DNA of 64,000 bases from Balanoglossus misakiensis (Eukaryota; Animalia; Hemichordata), in the NCBI GenBank assembly GCA_040954595.2, contig CM082582.2:5502303-5566302 (forward strand). The letters run 5' to 3'. A model generated the notes under the pieces. That model was not told where the DNA came from. It saw nothing but the letters and a program-made list of their open reading frames with translations, and did no database searches. Position 1 is the stretch's first letter; each line of letters begins with the position of its first letter. A program made the position numbers and the translations under genes. This document shows positions 10,401 through 25,400 of this stretch, piece after piece.

Positions 10401-13400
10401 CAGTGAAATCAACAGATATCGGAAGGTCAAGCACACTCACAACATTAATAATTAAACTGAACTTGTACAAGTTGTTGGGAGCCTCGAAAGAAATTTCTCC
10501 TTTCCTCCAGTAAACCATGGTGTCCATTGTATGGTGATTGCAACTTGACCTAGTTTCGGAGTTGTAATTTAGTTGGTGACTGTGACATGTTTTCTTGTAC
10601 AATGGTTTAGAAGTGCGCTCGGGGATCATTCGGTGTGACCTTGAATAACAAAAGGTGTGGCCGCTGTTTACCATTGGTTTAAAGTTACATTGCCCGATTC
10701 GGTCACTTTATTTGACTGGACATCCAGGTGTTTGTAGCCAATTTTGTCTAGATCTATACATCGGAATACAACCGCACTGATGTTGGGTGTTTTGAAATCA
10801 ACACAAAGACAGGAATTGGCTTGTACATGGGTAAATGCCTCACCAGCATTTGTGTGCAAATTTACCCAAGATTTCCCCATTTCCTCCTAAACATAAACAG
10901 GTGCATACATAATTTGTTTTACCAAAGTTAAACTTTCCACTTTCAGTAGCAGTGGAAATATAAAGATTGGGAAATCTCAAAAGAATGTGTATGCAGTTGT
11001 AGTAATTTTATCGTTCTATAAATGTCATACAAAATGCAATGATTGAAACATTTGACGGAAGCAGTTGATGTTTTAAATGTTGATTGTGTTTGCCCCTGGA
11101 TTGTGCCATTATGCTACTATTTGCATTCCACAGAATGATAGTAAAGTCATATTGTCACTCGCTGCTTATAGAAATGAAATCAAAAGTATTTTATCTGAAA
11201 ACACTCATGTGTTTAGTCCAGTGGCTTTACGCGTATTACATGTACACATAATCTCTACTCTTGTAAAGATGTTGACAGAAAAAATTTTGATGATCAGGGT
11301 TAGGGATCTTGGTGTCAGTTTTCAACTTTAGTCAAACAAGGATGAGTTGGCTCTCCTGTGGTGTGTGTCAAATGGACTGATTCCTGATTTCATTATGAAT
11401 GATGGAATACCCTCTAGGTTTACTTCTTAAGTTTGTCCTGGCGTCTCCGTCCAATTCCTGCAAAATGGAGCATGAAGGTCATCTGCAGCAGGAAGCAATC
11501 ACGGCTGTGTGAAAGGGAAGGTCGTCATCACAGCACAAAGATCCACTTGTTTGGTTTCGGAATCATGGTCCAATTCCAAAGGCACACACACTTGTACATT
11601 GTAAGCAGTGTTCAGTACCCGGTGATGTCAAGTTCAAAGAATAAAAGATCAGTATGTCTGGCACGGAAGGTTAAGAAGTCAACAGAGCCCCATTATTGAA
11701 GCAGAAGATTTCCTGACAGTGAATGTACATCACCATTTATTCCCAAGAGAGAGTTTGAGCCCGGCCTAGCTCGCGGGCTTTGTGGTTGACAAGGTCGGTG
11801 AATTTAAGAATCACCTTGTCACAAGGTGCAATTGACACCAATTTCTGGATTTCTCAAAAGCCAGTGTGGGGATTTAAGCCAATTCTATCAGCCCAACTTC
11901 TACATCAAGCCGAGTTTTGGCATTTGGGCTAATCTACGTTGACAACATTTTACATGTTTGACATCCCCATATACATTGTATATATCTTCTCTTTGTAGAC
12001 GTGTTGGTCTTTCTCTTTTGGAATGTGTGTATTCGCAAGTGTTTTGGCAATTGTCAAAATATCTACACGAAACTGTGATGATTTGCAGTAACTTATGGTG
12101 TATAGTTGAAAATTTCATCACGAGGCACAGTTTCAACTTGCCCTTTCCCTGCCCATACCGGGAGCCGTCGCTCTCAAAACCCAATCACTTCCTTTTTTCG
12201 CCTTCCACGCTCTTCAGACCAAGTGTCAGTTTATAGCATTTCACGAACTAAAGGATTGTGTCACTGGGTCTGGGAAAGACTCGTAAAAATCAGGGAGTGT
12301 CGTGTAACACGACCCAAAGTATGTCGTACGACTGTTGGTCATACTCGGAGATGAGAAAACATGTTGGTATGCGTCAGCAGTGATACAGAAAGCCACGGTA
12401 TCTGTGTGAGATCGTACGGTTATGGTAAATCAAGTTTACTCCTTGAACCTCCCTCGCCGGTCTGACAAGGGAAGGAGGGGTCACGGGGGTCATGTGACTA
12501 GACTGTGGTTGTGATTGTAAGGAATTATATCAATCATCATTCAAGACACAGGCTATCTATCCATCATGATCATGACTGGTTTGGCTTGTCAGTGGTTTTG
12601 CTTAATTTGGGACAGATTGGTAAATGATTTGGGAACCTTGGTAATATTTTTGTGATCCATAAATATTACTGCATTGGTATAGCAAGGGGAACCCTGGTAA
12701 AATTACTTGGTAGCATTTACCACAGGTACTATCCTTAACAAAACACTGCTTGTATCAGATGCATTCTGTGACTTTGTAAACTTTCTTTTTATCCATTTAT
12801 CCTGGTCCAGAACAGGAACTTGTGAACTTCGGAAGTTTCCTTCTTTTACATGCAAATTGCAAATTATTATTTGTTAGTGGCGATGATTCATTCATATATC
12901 TGTGATTATCAGCATGATAGCAATACCGTTTCATATCATGCTGTTAGTGAATTAAGTTGGTCAGGTCGACTAGCGAGTGAAAGAAACCTAAATTCAATTT
13001 GTGATCAGCGTCAACTTACAATCTTGTAGAGGGGGAGAAAAGACTTGAGTTTTGAAAGCACTGACCTGAATAGGGCATTCTGCGTTTTGTTTGGAGTTTG
13101 TTTTTAGTTGCGGTTACTTCTGGATCTTTACACAAAAGACATGAAGCAGGGACTGCGGGGGCTTGGGTTTCACTCTTGCCGGCAGTGAAATTGCATCTAG
13201 GGTAATGCCACGCTAAGGAGGTGGAAAGGCAAGCGGGTCATGAAAGACATCTCTCTTTTCCCTATACGTGTGTCTCTACAATGATGAAAGCGGGTCTTGT
13301 GAGCGCATATCGGTAAAAGCATGCAGCTTGTCCTCATGCAGTTTGTGTCAATTTGACTTGCAATGAAAGTAGCTTTCAATAATAAAGAATCATCTCATCT

Positions 13401-16400
13401 ATCAGTGGCATTTCTCCAACAAAGTAGAACAGCTTTATTTGTAAACCTCTGACTCTCGTTCATATGTTTTTGCAGCTCTACATAATGCATTTATTGAATC
13501 CATGATAGCCAGACTCGTATTTCATTTATAGTGTGTGTATTCTGATCTTGCGCTATGCTATATATGCCTTGACCTTTAACAGGGTGGAATTTACAATAGT
13601 GTAAAAAGTTTTATTTGAGCAGATGAATGTGTGTTTGTTTGTGTGTGTATTGGTACTGGGGAGGGAGGGGGGACGGGGTGGGTTTAACACAGACAGACTG
13701 TCAAGCAGTTTGTTTAGAAGTACATGATGTACAGTCAGCTATTAGGCCAACCCTTAATATTATAATAACATGACCAGTGACTGAGTATTGAAGATGTAGG
13801 TCACTGAGACATGAACATCTCGGCGTACACGTATCTACTATCTATGATCTCGGCAACGCAATGGAACTGTTAGATGTAGTTTGAATTTGTTGATTTACAA
13901 GGCAATGGTTGATGGCTGTCAGACCAAACACTGCAGTTACCACGCCAAAGTAAGCGTGACCGTGTTTATGCGCACGTGTATACGCTTGCCTGGAATGCCT
14001 TTGAAGTGTGCACTTTCTGTTTGGCTGAACGATGATGCTCTTGGCTTCAACCATGCGTGATAATTATCTGGTGTGCCATCTGGCCAGTTGCCTGTGTATA
14101 GTGGAAAACTCAGTGCAGTTTGGTGTTACATGTGTAACTGTAGTACAGCCACTATATACTGTAAAACACGTTATAATTGCGAGCAATAAATTTTGCGAAA
14201 TACGCGAGAGCCAAAATAGCGTGAAAATAAAAATTCACGTAAATTTTTTTTGAAGATAACGATGCAGTGAATGAAATAAGAAAACGCAAACATTAATACT
14301 CGCAAAACACTGGCCTCTTTCAATATCGCGAAAATTTTCACTCACGAAAATAAAGTGTTTTACAGTACAAGACGACACTAGATTGTTGTCCCATGTTACC
14401 TGTACTGTGTGGTCTGACAGCATACACGACGCAGCCGAAAAAGATACTTATCTGTATGAAAGGAAACCTTGTACGCAGACGGTATCAAAGGACAGAACCT
14501 GAACAGAGTCATTTAGAATTCTGTCAGTGCGATATCACGCTCTCTCAAAACCAGACTGTTGCTGGTTTCACTGAGCTGGACACCACAGGGATAGATTCTC
14601 AACCCACTGACAGATACTCGGTTGTGAGAACGTCTATTGTCCAGGCCTGTCTGAACGACAATTCAGAATTCCTCTGATACACCAGTGACGCTTTGGTAAT
14701 TGAACGACAAGTGCACTAACTAATGTCATGACCTTTTGAGGAATTTCACCCGTACATTAAATTAATGATAGACATGCAGGGTCTATTGTACTGACGTGGT
14801 CTATATATGTATGATGGTAGAAGTGTGAGGATGTACATAGTGAACTTGAGATCGTAGCACGGCGCAGTCCCAATCTGTTCCGCTTCAAATGATGAAGTGA
14901 AAGATCAGAAAACGCACTCTCAGTGAAATTCGCAAACGATTTCTCCAGATACGATTCATCATTGATGGCTATTTACTGCATGTCGGAGTTTTGACAAATA
15001 AATTACAATCTGCGAAAACAGATAAAAAACAAATTCCTTGCATGCTTGAACTATATGGATTCCATGGTACTCGGAGGTCACTTGGGGGGAAAAGACAAAC
15101 ATAAACACAGCCATCAAGATGGTGAAAAAATATGATAATAAACGAGTCAAGAGGTTTTTGTGCGGGTTTATTGAAAACCTGTAAATAATACAAGTTCTGG
15201 TGTTTAATTAATGGGGTACATCTTGAAAAGAAGTGCAGTACATCTTGAAGGAAGTACCAAAATCAAACTCATAATATTTTGTGAGATTTTCACCAGTGAA
15301 TTAATTAAGTGTATTTTTATTGTCTGCGAACGCTATCTAGCATGAATTAATAATTGATGGGTTAATTATTTATTGAACACTTTGTTCTATATTCCAGGAT
15401 GCAAAACGATAACACGTGGAGTTCTGGTTTGTGTAATATTATACAAGCGAGATTTGCTATTCCATAATGCTGTGGGTTAGCTGTACATAATAATCAAATT
15501 GATTGATTTCTCTTCTATTTACCAACTGTACGATGTTAAATTAATATTGATTTGCTGATTTCAAGCCACGCTGGACGCACACAATTGACGGTATTTGAAC
15601 AATGTCTCGGTTTCACAGTCTAACTGGGCAGTGTGCCGTATGCCTTTGGCATTGTTTGTAGTCCACGCAGGTAGCACACAAGGGTGTCTCAAAACTCTCA
15701 AATATTTTTTAGAGATTGAAACTTTTGTTTCATGGCCGCCACAGTTTGCTGGTACACAAGGTGTCCTCGAGCTTAATTAGCTCAGTAGTGTTTTTTCAGT
15801 TTGAAAATGGACACCGTAGCTGTGTTGTCGGGTTGCGTGCTGAGTATCCCCACTGCGAGAGTTTCAGTCCACACGTGGCTCGAAGGGGGGATCTTGCACA
15901 TGATTAGAATTTCATTCATGCGAAATGTGCATTGCTCAGATCAAAATATTTGCCGTTAGTTTAATTAATGTGAGAAAAAAAACGCCTCGATTCCAGACGT
16001 ACTGCTGAGATAAGTATAATTGGATTTGGCCTATACCCCTAGTGGACCTCATATCTCCTATTGTTGGGTAGCGAAACCCTTCCCGAAAGAGGCTCCTATG
16101 TGTGTTTTAATTTGCAAGTACTTAGCCTCGTCCCCCCCAGATCAAACATTGGTACCTTCCCGATGTTTGCTACGCCCTGTTGTGATGTTTCTAAATGGAG
16201 GTTGCACCATTGTTGTCTGTCTGCAGTGAAATCGTTCGCAGAGGCTAATGTCTTGTAAAGCAGTTCTCAAATATTGAATCTGGCTGGCGATGGGCGCTGT
16301 GTGTGTCTGTCAACATCGTTTCTGTTGTAACAAGTCTGAGGCTTGTGGTAATATGTGTACGTCGATTCTCAATCACAAGTTTGATTCTTACAGATCATTT

Positions 16401-19400
16401 CTGTCTGTGTACATGCGCCTTTCGAGTTCTCAAAAGATAAAGTGCCCTCACAATGGGTTTGTTTATTCTAAAAAATAAAAATAATTGATTTCAATTAAAT
16501 TATGCCATGCAACCATTGGAGTCTAGTTTCATGTTAGAAGTCTCTCCCCCCCCCCCCCCCTCAAAACTGAGTTACGTGATGTATGTATGTGTCGAACGAG
16601 TAATCTGAAATTGTTTTATTTCCTTCAGTACTGAACTCACTCTATCCATTATAAGGATATTGACTCTCCAACAATGAAATTAACGATCAAGAACATGCCC
16701 CCCAGCACTGAATATGGATTTAACATTACTTGTACACACATTTCTGACACAGGGAAAATAAATCATTTGTAAAACCAGCATGCATGGATGTCTCAAACTA
16801 AAATATGAATTTCTTAGAAAATGGACATATCAAATCCATTATTGCACATCATAAATCAAAAGAAAAAGAACATATTGAATTTTAAATATTAGTTGTGTGA
16901 AAACTCAATAAATTGACACTACATTTTAAAATTAATATATTACTTATTTTTAAGAATATATATATTTGCTTGGTTACATTTGCAATAACACACCACAGAC
17001 CCAGACAAATATTTTCTTGCTTTTTGGCTTGTATTTATATCTGAACTGCAAAACTGTGTTAATTACTTAATAGTTAGCTATCATCAGTTTTTATCAATTA
17101 TTCTGTCTGGTGATATTTGATGGATTACATCTCCAAATCAATATATTTCAGCACGGCAAGATTATTTTCCTAATCAATACATGTAAGTACCGCATTAGCC
17201 AAATAGAAGAATGTAAATGATGGCCGTGACTTTATTTGACATTTGTAGTATGCGAAAGCATGGGTTCAAATATCAATGGCACCATAAGCCAAACATGCAC
17301 ATGGCATTCTTAAAATAATTTCATGAGTTTGCGAAAATAGGCGTGACAATATTACGCAGAAATAACAACAGTAAATCAGTAGCAATTATCGTTTGGTCTG
17401 TACGTTTGACTTGTTTTTCCCTTCTCAGACAGTCAGAGTGTGTCCACCAATGTGTAAATGTTTCCACATTACAGTTGAGTTTACCATAATGTACTTTGTA
17501 GAGGCATGTGTTTTGGTTTGTGAAGCTTGGCACTTTGATCGATTGCCTTTGTCTCTGCCTCTGGGCAAATCCGTGGCCTGTCATGTTTGCAGTGTTTACT
17601 GTCCGGTGTCCTACATTTCCAACCGCAACTTTACATGCATACGTACATTGTAAACTTCTCTTTGCAGGAGTTTGATGTTACATTTCTCAAATCAAAAATT
17701 TAGCCTTGTAATGTCATACCAACTAAGCCATCTTTGTTTGGTCCATTCTTAGTATATAAAAAAATTATTCAAAATGTATTTGAAATGCATGTTGTTTGGT
17801 TTATACCTATCTGATGTAAATCTTTATGGTGACATTGTTTGTTGTTTCTAATATTGCTTCTGGTTGTCAAGATACAATCAATTTCTAATCTAATACTATA
17901 GTTGTTATTTATATGTATAGGACTACCCAGTCTTCTTGAAGGAACAGAGTTATGTGTAGTGTGGAGTGCAGTCCCCAGAAGCACTTTGCTACAAACAAAA
18001 TTCAACACACACACACACACACATCGATGTGAACACAGAATGCATGAGATTTCCTAAAGCTTCCCCAAGTTGTACTGACTAAGACTTGTCTAGCCATTGA
18101 CAGCCTAATCAGCTGTTGCAGTCAGTTCCTGTCGTGTCCCTTCAGACTTCTGCTGTCCAGCCAAGATAAATATCTGCAGTGCACAGAGGAGACCACATGC
18201 AAATCAATACAAGTTGCACCGAGTTCACGCCCCACTGCAAAGATCACAGCCCCGGCTTTTGTTGCGACCCACAGCAGTTCAATATCGCTGTTTGTTTTCG
18301 CCTTTTCTTCGCCCGTCTACCGACTGACGTCTTTGCAGTATTTCTGGTCATATAGGTTCGCACAATGTGTTTGGAAGTGGGACATGCACATTTCTGATAA
18401 TAGGAGTGCGTACATTGCACTGGTGATGTTTTCAAACACTGTATTCAGTCTTAAGGTCAGGCATCATGTAGGGTTAATCTCCCTCGCTGGATATCAAAAG
18501 TTTAAAGTTCACAATTTCACCAGCATTATCACTTCAGAAGGCGACTGTAGAAATCCTTGCAGTCATAGCAATAAATTGACTGATGGATGTAGAAGGTTAC
18601 TTGTTACATTTTTCATCTACTTCTAAAAATTGTGATTGAATTTTGAAGAAATGACATAATGCTCGATATCAGAAGAACAAATTGGTTAGAAGATAGTTCA
18701 GGTCTATTATTAGTCCTGGTACGTGTACATGTGCCCAATATTTATCAGGGAAACATTTTGTTTATCTGCATATATTATAAAGGTTTGAATGGGTGCATCG
18801 TGTATCATTCTTCAAACCGTACAATGTGCATACATGTAGTGATAAGATGTCAGATTGTGGTACAAGTTGGTGTTTTGTAACACTATCAGGAAGGTGCAAA
18901 CTATAAGTCTGAGTCATACGTGCTGGACAGCGAGTTCACCAAGGCACAAAGTCAAAACTTAGATCATAGAAATGGTAAAGGAGATGGTAGGTTTACTGTA
19001 AAATAAATAAAACATAAAATTAAGATCCGAAGAATCATCAATTTTATATCAAATAAAGGAATCTTTATAGTGGTGTTCAACCTGAAGCAAATTCATGCAA
19101 TTCACCTGTACAGTGTGATAACGTGTATGAAATTATGTATTTGGTCATTAAAAATAACGGTACCTCAATGCATATGTATACAAAGTGTATTGTTGAGAAC
19201 ATTCTATTTCATTATTCTGAACACTGAACAGACCACCCCCCCCCCCCTTCATGTCTTACACTACATGTATGTAGATTCATATAGTTGTGACAAATTAATG
19301 GGAAATGTCACACATCATTACAAAATTTCAAAGGTGAGTTCTAGATGTGATGAAGACACTCAGGGAAAATGTAATGAATACAAAAAAACTGTTGGGCAAT

Positions 19401-22400
19401 ATGTCAAACAAGATTTTTTGATAACACTGTCATTATGCAACATTTTATGCTGCTAATCATGTGTAAATATATTCTATACAAGTAATTTGTTAGATATCTT
19501 ATTTGATTGACATTGCAGTTTTGATTATAATTCAAATTATTTGTTATATCACTTGCAATTTTTTTGTACTGAATCGGACATACATTTGCATGTACCTGTA
19601 CATGTTAGCTTAAATCACAGGTAGAACTATTATTATTTTGAAGGCAATTATTACATCATTACCATTGCTAGCAGTGATTCTTGCTCTATCTCATCCATGC
19701 ATGTATGCACGTAATGTATTATCATTGTGAGAATTCAGAATGACAGGGAATTAGAGTCCATTTTAGAGATTACAGACTACATGCTTTTACTCATTGAAGC
19801 GTGGGATGCCATATCTATTCAGTTTTCAAAAGGTCGACAACCTGGACACCAGTTTGACAATTGTGCTCAGCAGCCTGTACTCCATAAACTTAAAAGCATT
19901 TCGCAGCTATTGTCAGTTCTTGTCACCTGTTTTTCACTTAATTTCACCTGTACATGCACTGTATGTGGGTCTAGTGGTACCAAAAGGAATGGTGGTTAGT
20001 CTAGTTTTGAGGGACAGAGTCACTTCAATTCCATTCATTCATCCATCCATGTGTCTTTTGTACTTGTCATACATGCATGAGTTGATTGCCATTATTCAAC
20101 TTGGCACACGGCCAGTACATCCCAAATTGGCAAGATTTGTCTCTTGGCTAATTTAGCAGTTAATTTCATTTGGATGAGATGGCCGCCCTGAAAAATACAA
20201 AAGGGGAGATTCCGTGCTATTGTTGTCCAATGATTTGAATAGCATGAGCTGTTACCGTAGTTATTAGAAATTTATTCTAATACAGATGAAGTTTCCATCT
20301 ACTGTTCTACATTTGTAAATGATTTTGTCAAAAGTATCATTGAGTTGTGTGCTAAGTGATATTTCATGCAGTTTGCATGTGTACTTTCAACTGAATAGAA
20401 TCACACACTGAATGTGCAACTCAGCGAAAAGTCCTGGCAAAGCTCTGACTCATTGTTCAGAACTGTGACTCATCACCTGGGCTAACCCGGCCAAGTATCA
20501 ACTTACTAGGTGCACCATGTTGTTTACACAGCCCTATTCAATGTTTGCCTCATGTCAATGTCACACTGCCATACTGTTAATTCTGTCATGCATGGAACAC
20601 TGTTGATGGTACATCATTCCAGTGTTACTCTTGTAATTACGGGCTTGGCTTTCATCAGTTTCAGGTGTGATATCTTTATGTCAACTTGCATTTCACATGT
20701 CAATGGCCAAGAGCTAGACAGTCATAACTGCTGTGTTACAGGATAGGAAATGCAGCTGCTGTCTTACACTGGTCCATCGATGTAACTTAGTTCAACGCTC
20801 GACACAACTTCCATCCCGCTTGTATGATATGAGCATAGAAGTAACATGTTCTGCATTGCAATAGACAATATCATAAATTGTCAATTCCATGTGCAGGGAT
20901 GTTTCTGTTGCCTGGTGTACCAAGCATGGTTTTCAAATGTACAGGGATTGTTGGTTTTATGGTATTTTTTTTTTTTTTTGGGGGGGGGAGGGGAGGTGAC
21001 CTTAATTTCTGAGGACACTTGATGCACTGTAATAACTTATTGTTGACTGCTGGTTCCTTGTGGCATTGCTAGTAATGGTTAATATAAACAACATGTCACC
21101 TCACTGAACGATTTATACATGCATATGTACTGTATCTGGTGCTGTGGCAACCACACTCCCAAGTCTACATTTATAGGGTCAAATGATAGGATGAAATGTG
21201 AGGGTGTGTGTTATAAACTTATAAACAGTGATTGCAAAGTTATTCACTAATATGAAAGAGATATGAAATTTTTATCCACAATAATTTTGTGTTGGGCGGT
21301 GTCGTGTAGATCTGCATGTACATATCCATACATGTACATGCAGATCATGCTTGCAAGTTTTAATAAACGGCAACTTAGCAAGCAGAGTGTAATGTGGTTG
21401 GGGTCAATGTCAAGGTCGTGTCTGTGTTACCTAGTATGTCATCTTTAAACACTTACTGTAAGAACAAACAATACGCCATTGACCAAGGCCAGTTGTAAAT
21501 CACTGGGGATTTATTGAGTGTATTTGTGATTTTTGCATTGTTTGTTGGAATGCCTTGGTATTCTGTGCCTACTTGATGTTCCAATTCTTCTTGACATTAT
21601 TCTGAATAGATCCATAAATTTATACTTGTTAGCAGCTCTCATTATAAAGTGGGGTATACTCTATTTAGGTAGTTGCACAGTTGTAAATTCTAAGTTAGCT
21701 CAAAATAACCAATGAAGACATATTGCAGACCAGACCTAATAATTACTTTGAACTCAGACCTGCTTTGAAGTTGATTTGCAATAACTACATCTTGCAACTA
21801 TTCACAAGCATTATTAAAATGTTGAAAATATCTCCAAACCATACATGGACTGAATCAGTCATGAGATTGGCTTCATTTCAGTTCCACTGACTTAAAGTGA
21901 ATGAACTTGACCAGGCTTAGTTGCAGCATGATCCCAGATCCTTGTCAAAACATTTTACATGTTACTCTTGACCTTGACATTGTCCAGTCATGTCTGGATA
22001 AGTGAGGAGAATTTGAACTACTCAGCAAAAATGCCATATGTGCCCAGCAGGCGTCTTGTGTGTAAGTCCCTGCTGAATGCGTTTAGGTGAAAACATGTAG
22101 GCAGTTTTATAGCTGATCTGTCCAAACTTAAATGTGCATGTACACACACATTACACATAGTAGATGCATACAATTATGCATACATGTACCCTATCCAATC
22201 AATTTTAAAATGTTTTTATGCTAAAATTAATTTCGAGTCAGGTCTAACTTTACATACCGGTACTGTGTATGACAGCACACATGTATGTATATGAAATGGT
22301 CAGATAGTTAATGAGTTATTGTCCAATTTATATTTTCCTAATATATTATAAATATTTATATGTCTAGAGCATTTTTTGTATGATATTTGATTTGAATATG

Positions 22401-25400
22401 GTTGATTTTGACCAAGAAGTTTAATCATGATGATCACGGGTAGATAATAAAAAAATAAAAAATATCCTTCTCTGAACAGACATACATTTTGTTGTTGTAC
22501 ATTGTACCTCTATATAAAAAATCACAATTTTCATAAGAATGTATATCTAGCATAGTGCAGTGAAATCTCCTACAGGATAGAGTTGGTAGGAATGAACCCT
22601 GTCTTTCAATTTGCATTGTGGTAATTACAAGGCTTCAGTAAACAGTTACATAACTGCGTGACATGTCACAAATCCAGCCCCGGAGCATTTGCTAGTTCTG
22701 ACATCCCCGCGGACAAAGGTGCAACAATGTCAGTTAATTGGACCAATCTGTGCATCCATTGTGAGATGATTTACATGCAAGTGAGCTGAGCTGAGATGCA
22801 AAAGCGTTTGGGAATTCTTTCTGTAAATAACAATGAACCGGGGGTTATTTTAAGAACGAGAAAACACATCATTTATTCAGATATACACATACCAGACCTT
22901 GATAACATGGTTTCTGACTGAGTGAAGCCAGTGCTCAGAAGGTATTGGCTACCAGTACATGTACTGGGGGAGGGGGGGGGGGGGGGTCTCTGTAGACAGG
23001 TAATTACCCAATTAAAAGAAGGCATATTCTGTATTCTAAATTTTGGCTTTGTATAAAATGACTACGTGTACCATGTCATTCTGAATAAATAATCGACTGT
23101 TTCTACCAAGCCTCAATATTCCGACCCATCCTGGTTGATTATGGTCAACTCATCTCACTTACGGTAACCGTGACACCCTCCATCACTCGGCCATTATCCC
23201 CATTTCTGTTCCATTGCATCTCCATTGCTCACAGTCCATGCCTCAGTGTATTTACTCCGGCCAACCTGAGGCTGTATCATGGTTCACTCACTCACTCGTG
23301 CATGTTCTGATAACTGTACACAAATCCGCCATTCAAGCATGCTTCCTTCAGTGGTTAGATGAAAATTGTGCGACACCAGCTCTGCTACAGCGCTCACACA
23401 CACACAGGTGTGTTACAATACACAGTGCATCATATGAATGGATTCTATGAATAATATATCGACTTTTGTTTTGTTTTGTTACAGGAGAGTCTGGCCTTGG
23501 TAAAAGCACTCTGATAAACTCCCTCTTCCTGACAGACATCTACAATGATAAAGAACATCCTGGTCCATCACTACGAGTGAAGAAAACGGTCTCAGTGAGT
23601 ATATTGTAATAGGTACTTTTTGTAGACACTGAATATGACAGACCAAGAATACATATACATGTATGCTATTTTTTATATTACAGTCAAACCTGTCTATATT
23701 TGTCAGTCAAGGGGCTTTCCTAAACTGGCCTTTATAGACAGGTGGCCTTTACACTTACAGACAGGTCAATCAACGTACATGTAAATTGCACAGGGACTGC
23801 AATAAAGTGGTACTATATAGAGGGGGTCACTAACACAGGTTTGACTATAGATAAAGAATGACCCTCTAAATGAGGTGATTTCTGAATGGCCAGTATATAT
23901 TTCAGATAATCATTCATTATCCAATCAGACACTGAGACAGCAAACGTGTATGCCTGTTTTTTAACACTGTCACCCAAGGTGTACATTTCACACTGGCCAC
24001 TTTACAAAAAATAGTAGTTGGCCTCTGCTCAGCAGTCAGCCTGCTCTCACCCAGTGTAAATGGATTTCGTTATCATCGCCCGTGTCATCACCAACCTGGC
24101 AGACTTACAGGGAATGCAGATCAGTGTCAGCCCCCCAGGTCAGATGTCAAAGGTCGGGGAAACCGGATCGGCAGAGACTGTCAAATCAGTCTAAATACTA
24201 AACCAACAACAGTGAAATCAGACATTCGCCTTCTTAAGTTAACTGACACGAGGGTTCTTCAAGGCAGAGATAGCGTCAACCTATGCACTTACAGAGTTCA
24301 CTTTTAATGAACTAAACGTTTTAAACACATAGATCAGTATTTGGGTTTCATCCCTGTAGCCTTGGTCACAGTTTGTAATCTTGAGTGATTTTATTTTCTC
24401 TGCAAAATATGACAAGCCCACAAAAAATACCATACTTGGTTCATGACTGGTATTAGAATGTAACCAGTGAACTGTGATGAAGTCAAATCCATTGACAGGG
24501 GAGCTGGGTTATAGGCTTTTAGCTTCTCATAGGATGCATGATTTGACAACATCCACTGTACATACAGAGAGAGAGGGAGAGAGAGACACACACACACACA
24601 CACACATGCACACACGCACACACACACACACAACGTGCACAGACATCCAGACAGTAGAGCTGTAAAACAATCTGTGTAGGGAAACTGGATCACTGCCTCC
24701 TTCAAGACGCACCAATTGGTTGTGTTTGGACGTCTGGACATTGAACAAGTCCTTGCACAGTTGCAAACAAACCGACGCCCGCCACTAATTGGCGCGCCCT
24801 GGCAAACATTTGTGTAAATATTTGACTGCCAAGAATAACTGAAGTCCTGGCCAGGAGGTTGGCCACCTGTGTACTGACCTCCCAAGAAATCTGAAACACC
24901 AAATCTGGCTTGGCGTGCTGAACCAGATGCACATGGAAACATTTACAAATATTCTCGATAAGATGCCACTAGAGAATGTCTCATTTCCAGACTCGTTAGT
25001 GGATGCTGTTCACTTTACGTGCAATCAGTCTAGGACCTGGGCATGGCCGAAAATATCCTCTCTTGGGTTAACTGTGCTATGTGTTTACACTTACGCATTT
25101 GCACTCAGTGCCTGACTTTTGGCAGGCAAAATTAACAGTGTCTTCTCGATGCCCCCAAATCAACAGAGAGATGCCCAGCTGGGACCAAGGCCAGCATAAT
25201 GCAATCTGCATTATTCGGGCTACAGTTTTACGCTGACTCAAACTCTAGGCTGAACCTAAACCCCGTCCTATATGGCAAATTGAGACTGAAATCTGGCTGA
25301 GGTCGGACTTGGCATGACCAACATAAACTGCCTGAATTAAAGCCTACTTCTGACTGGGTCCGATATGATAGCTGAAGGGCTTGGTCTGTGTTTACCACTG

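Noticed and set aside
9464-10880. ORFs of 70-163 aa inside the large SEPT7 intron
   Set aside because: No recognisable domain, codon bias or splice-consistent structure.
24391-24942. 183-aa minus-strand ORF
   Set aside because: It is held open by the (CA)/(GA) microsatellite and has no motif.
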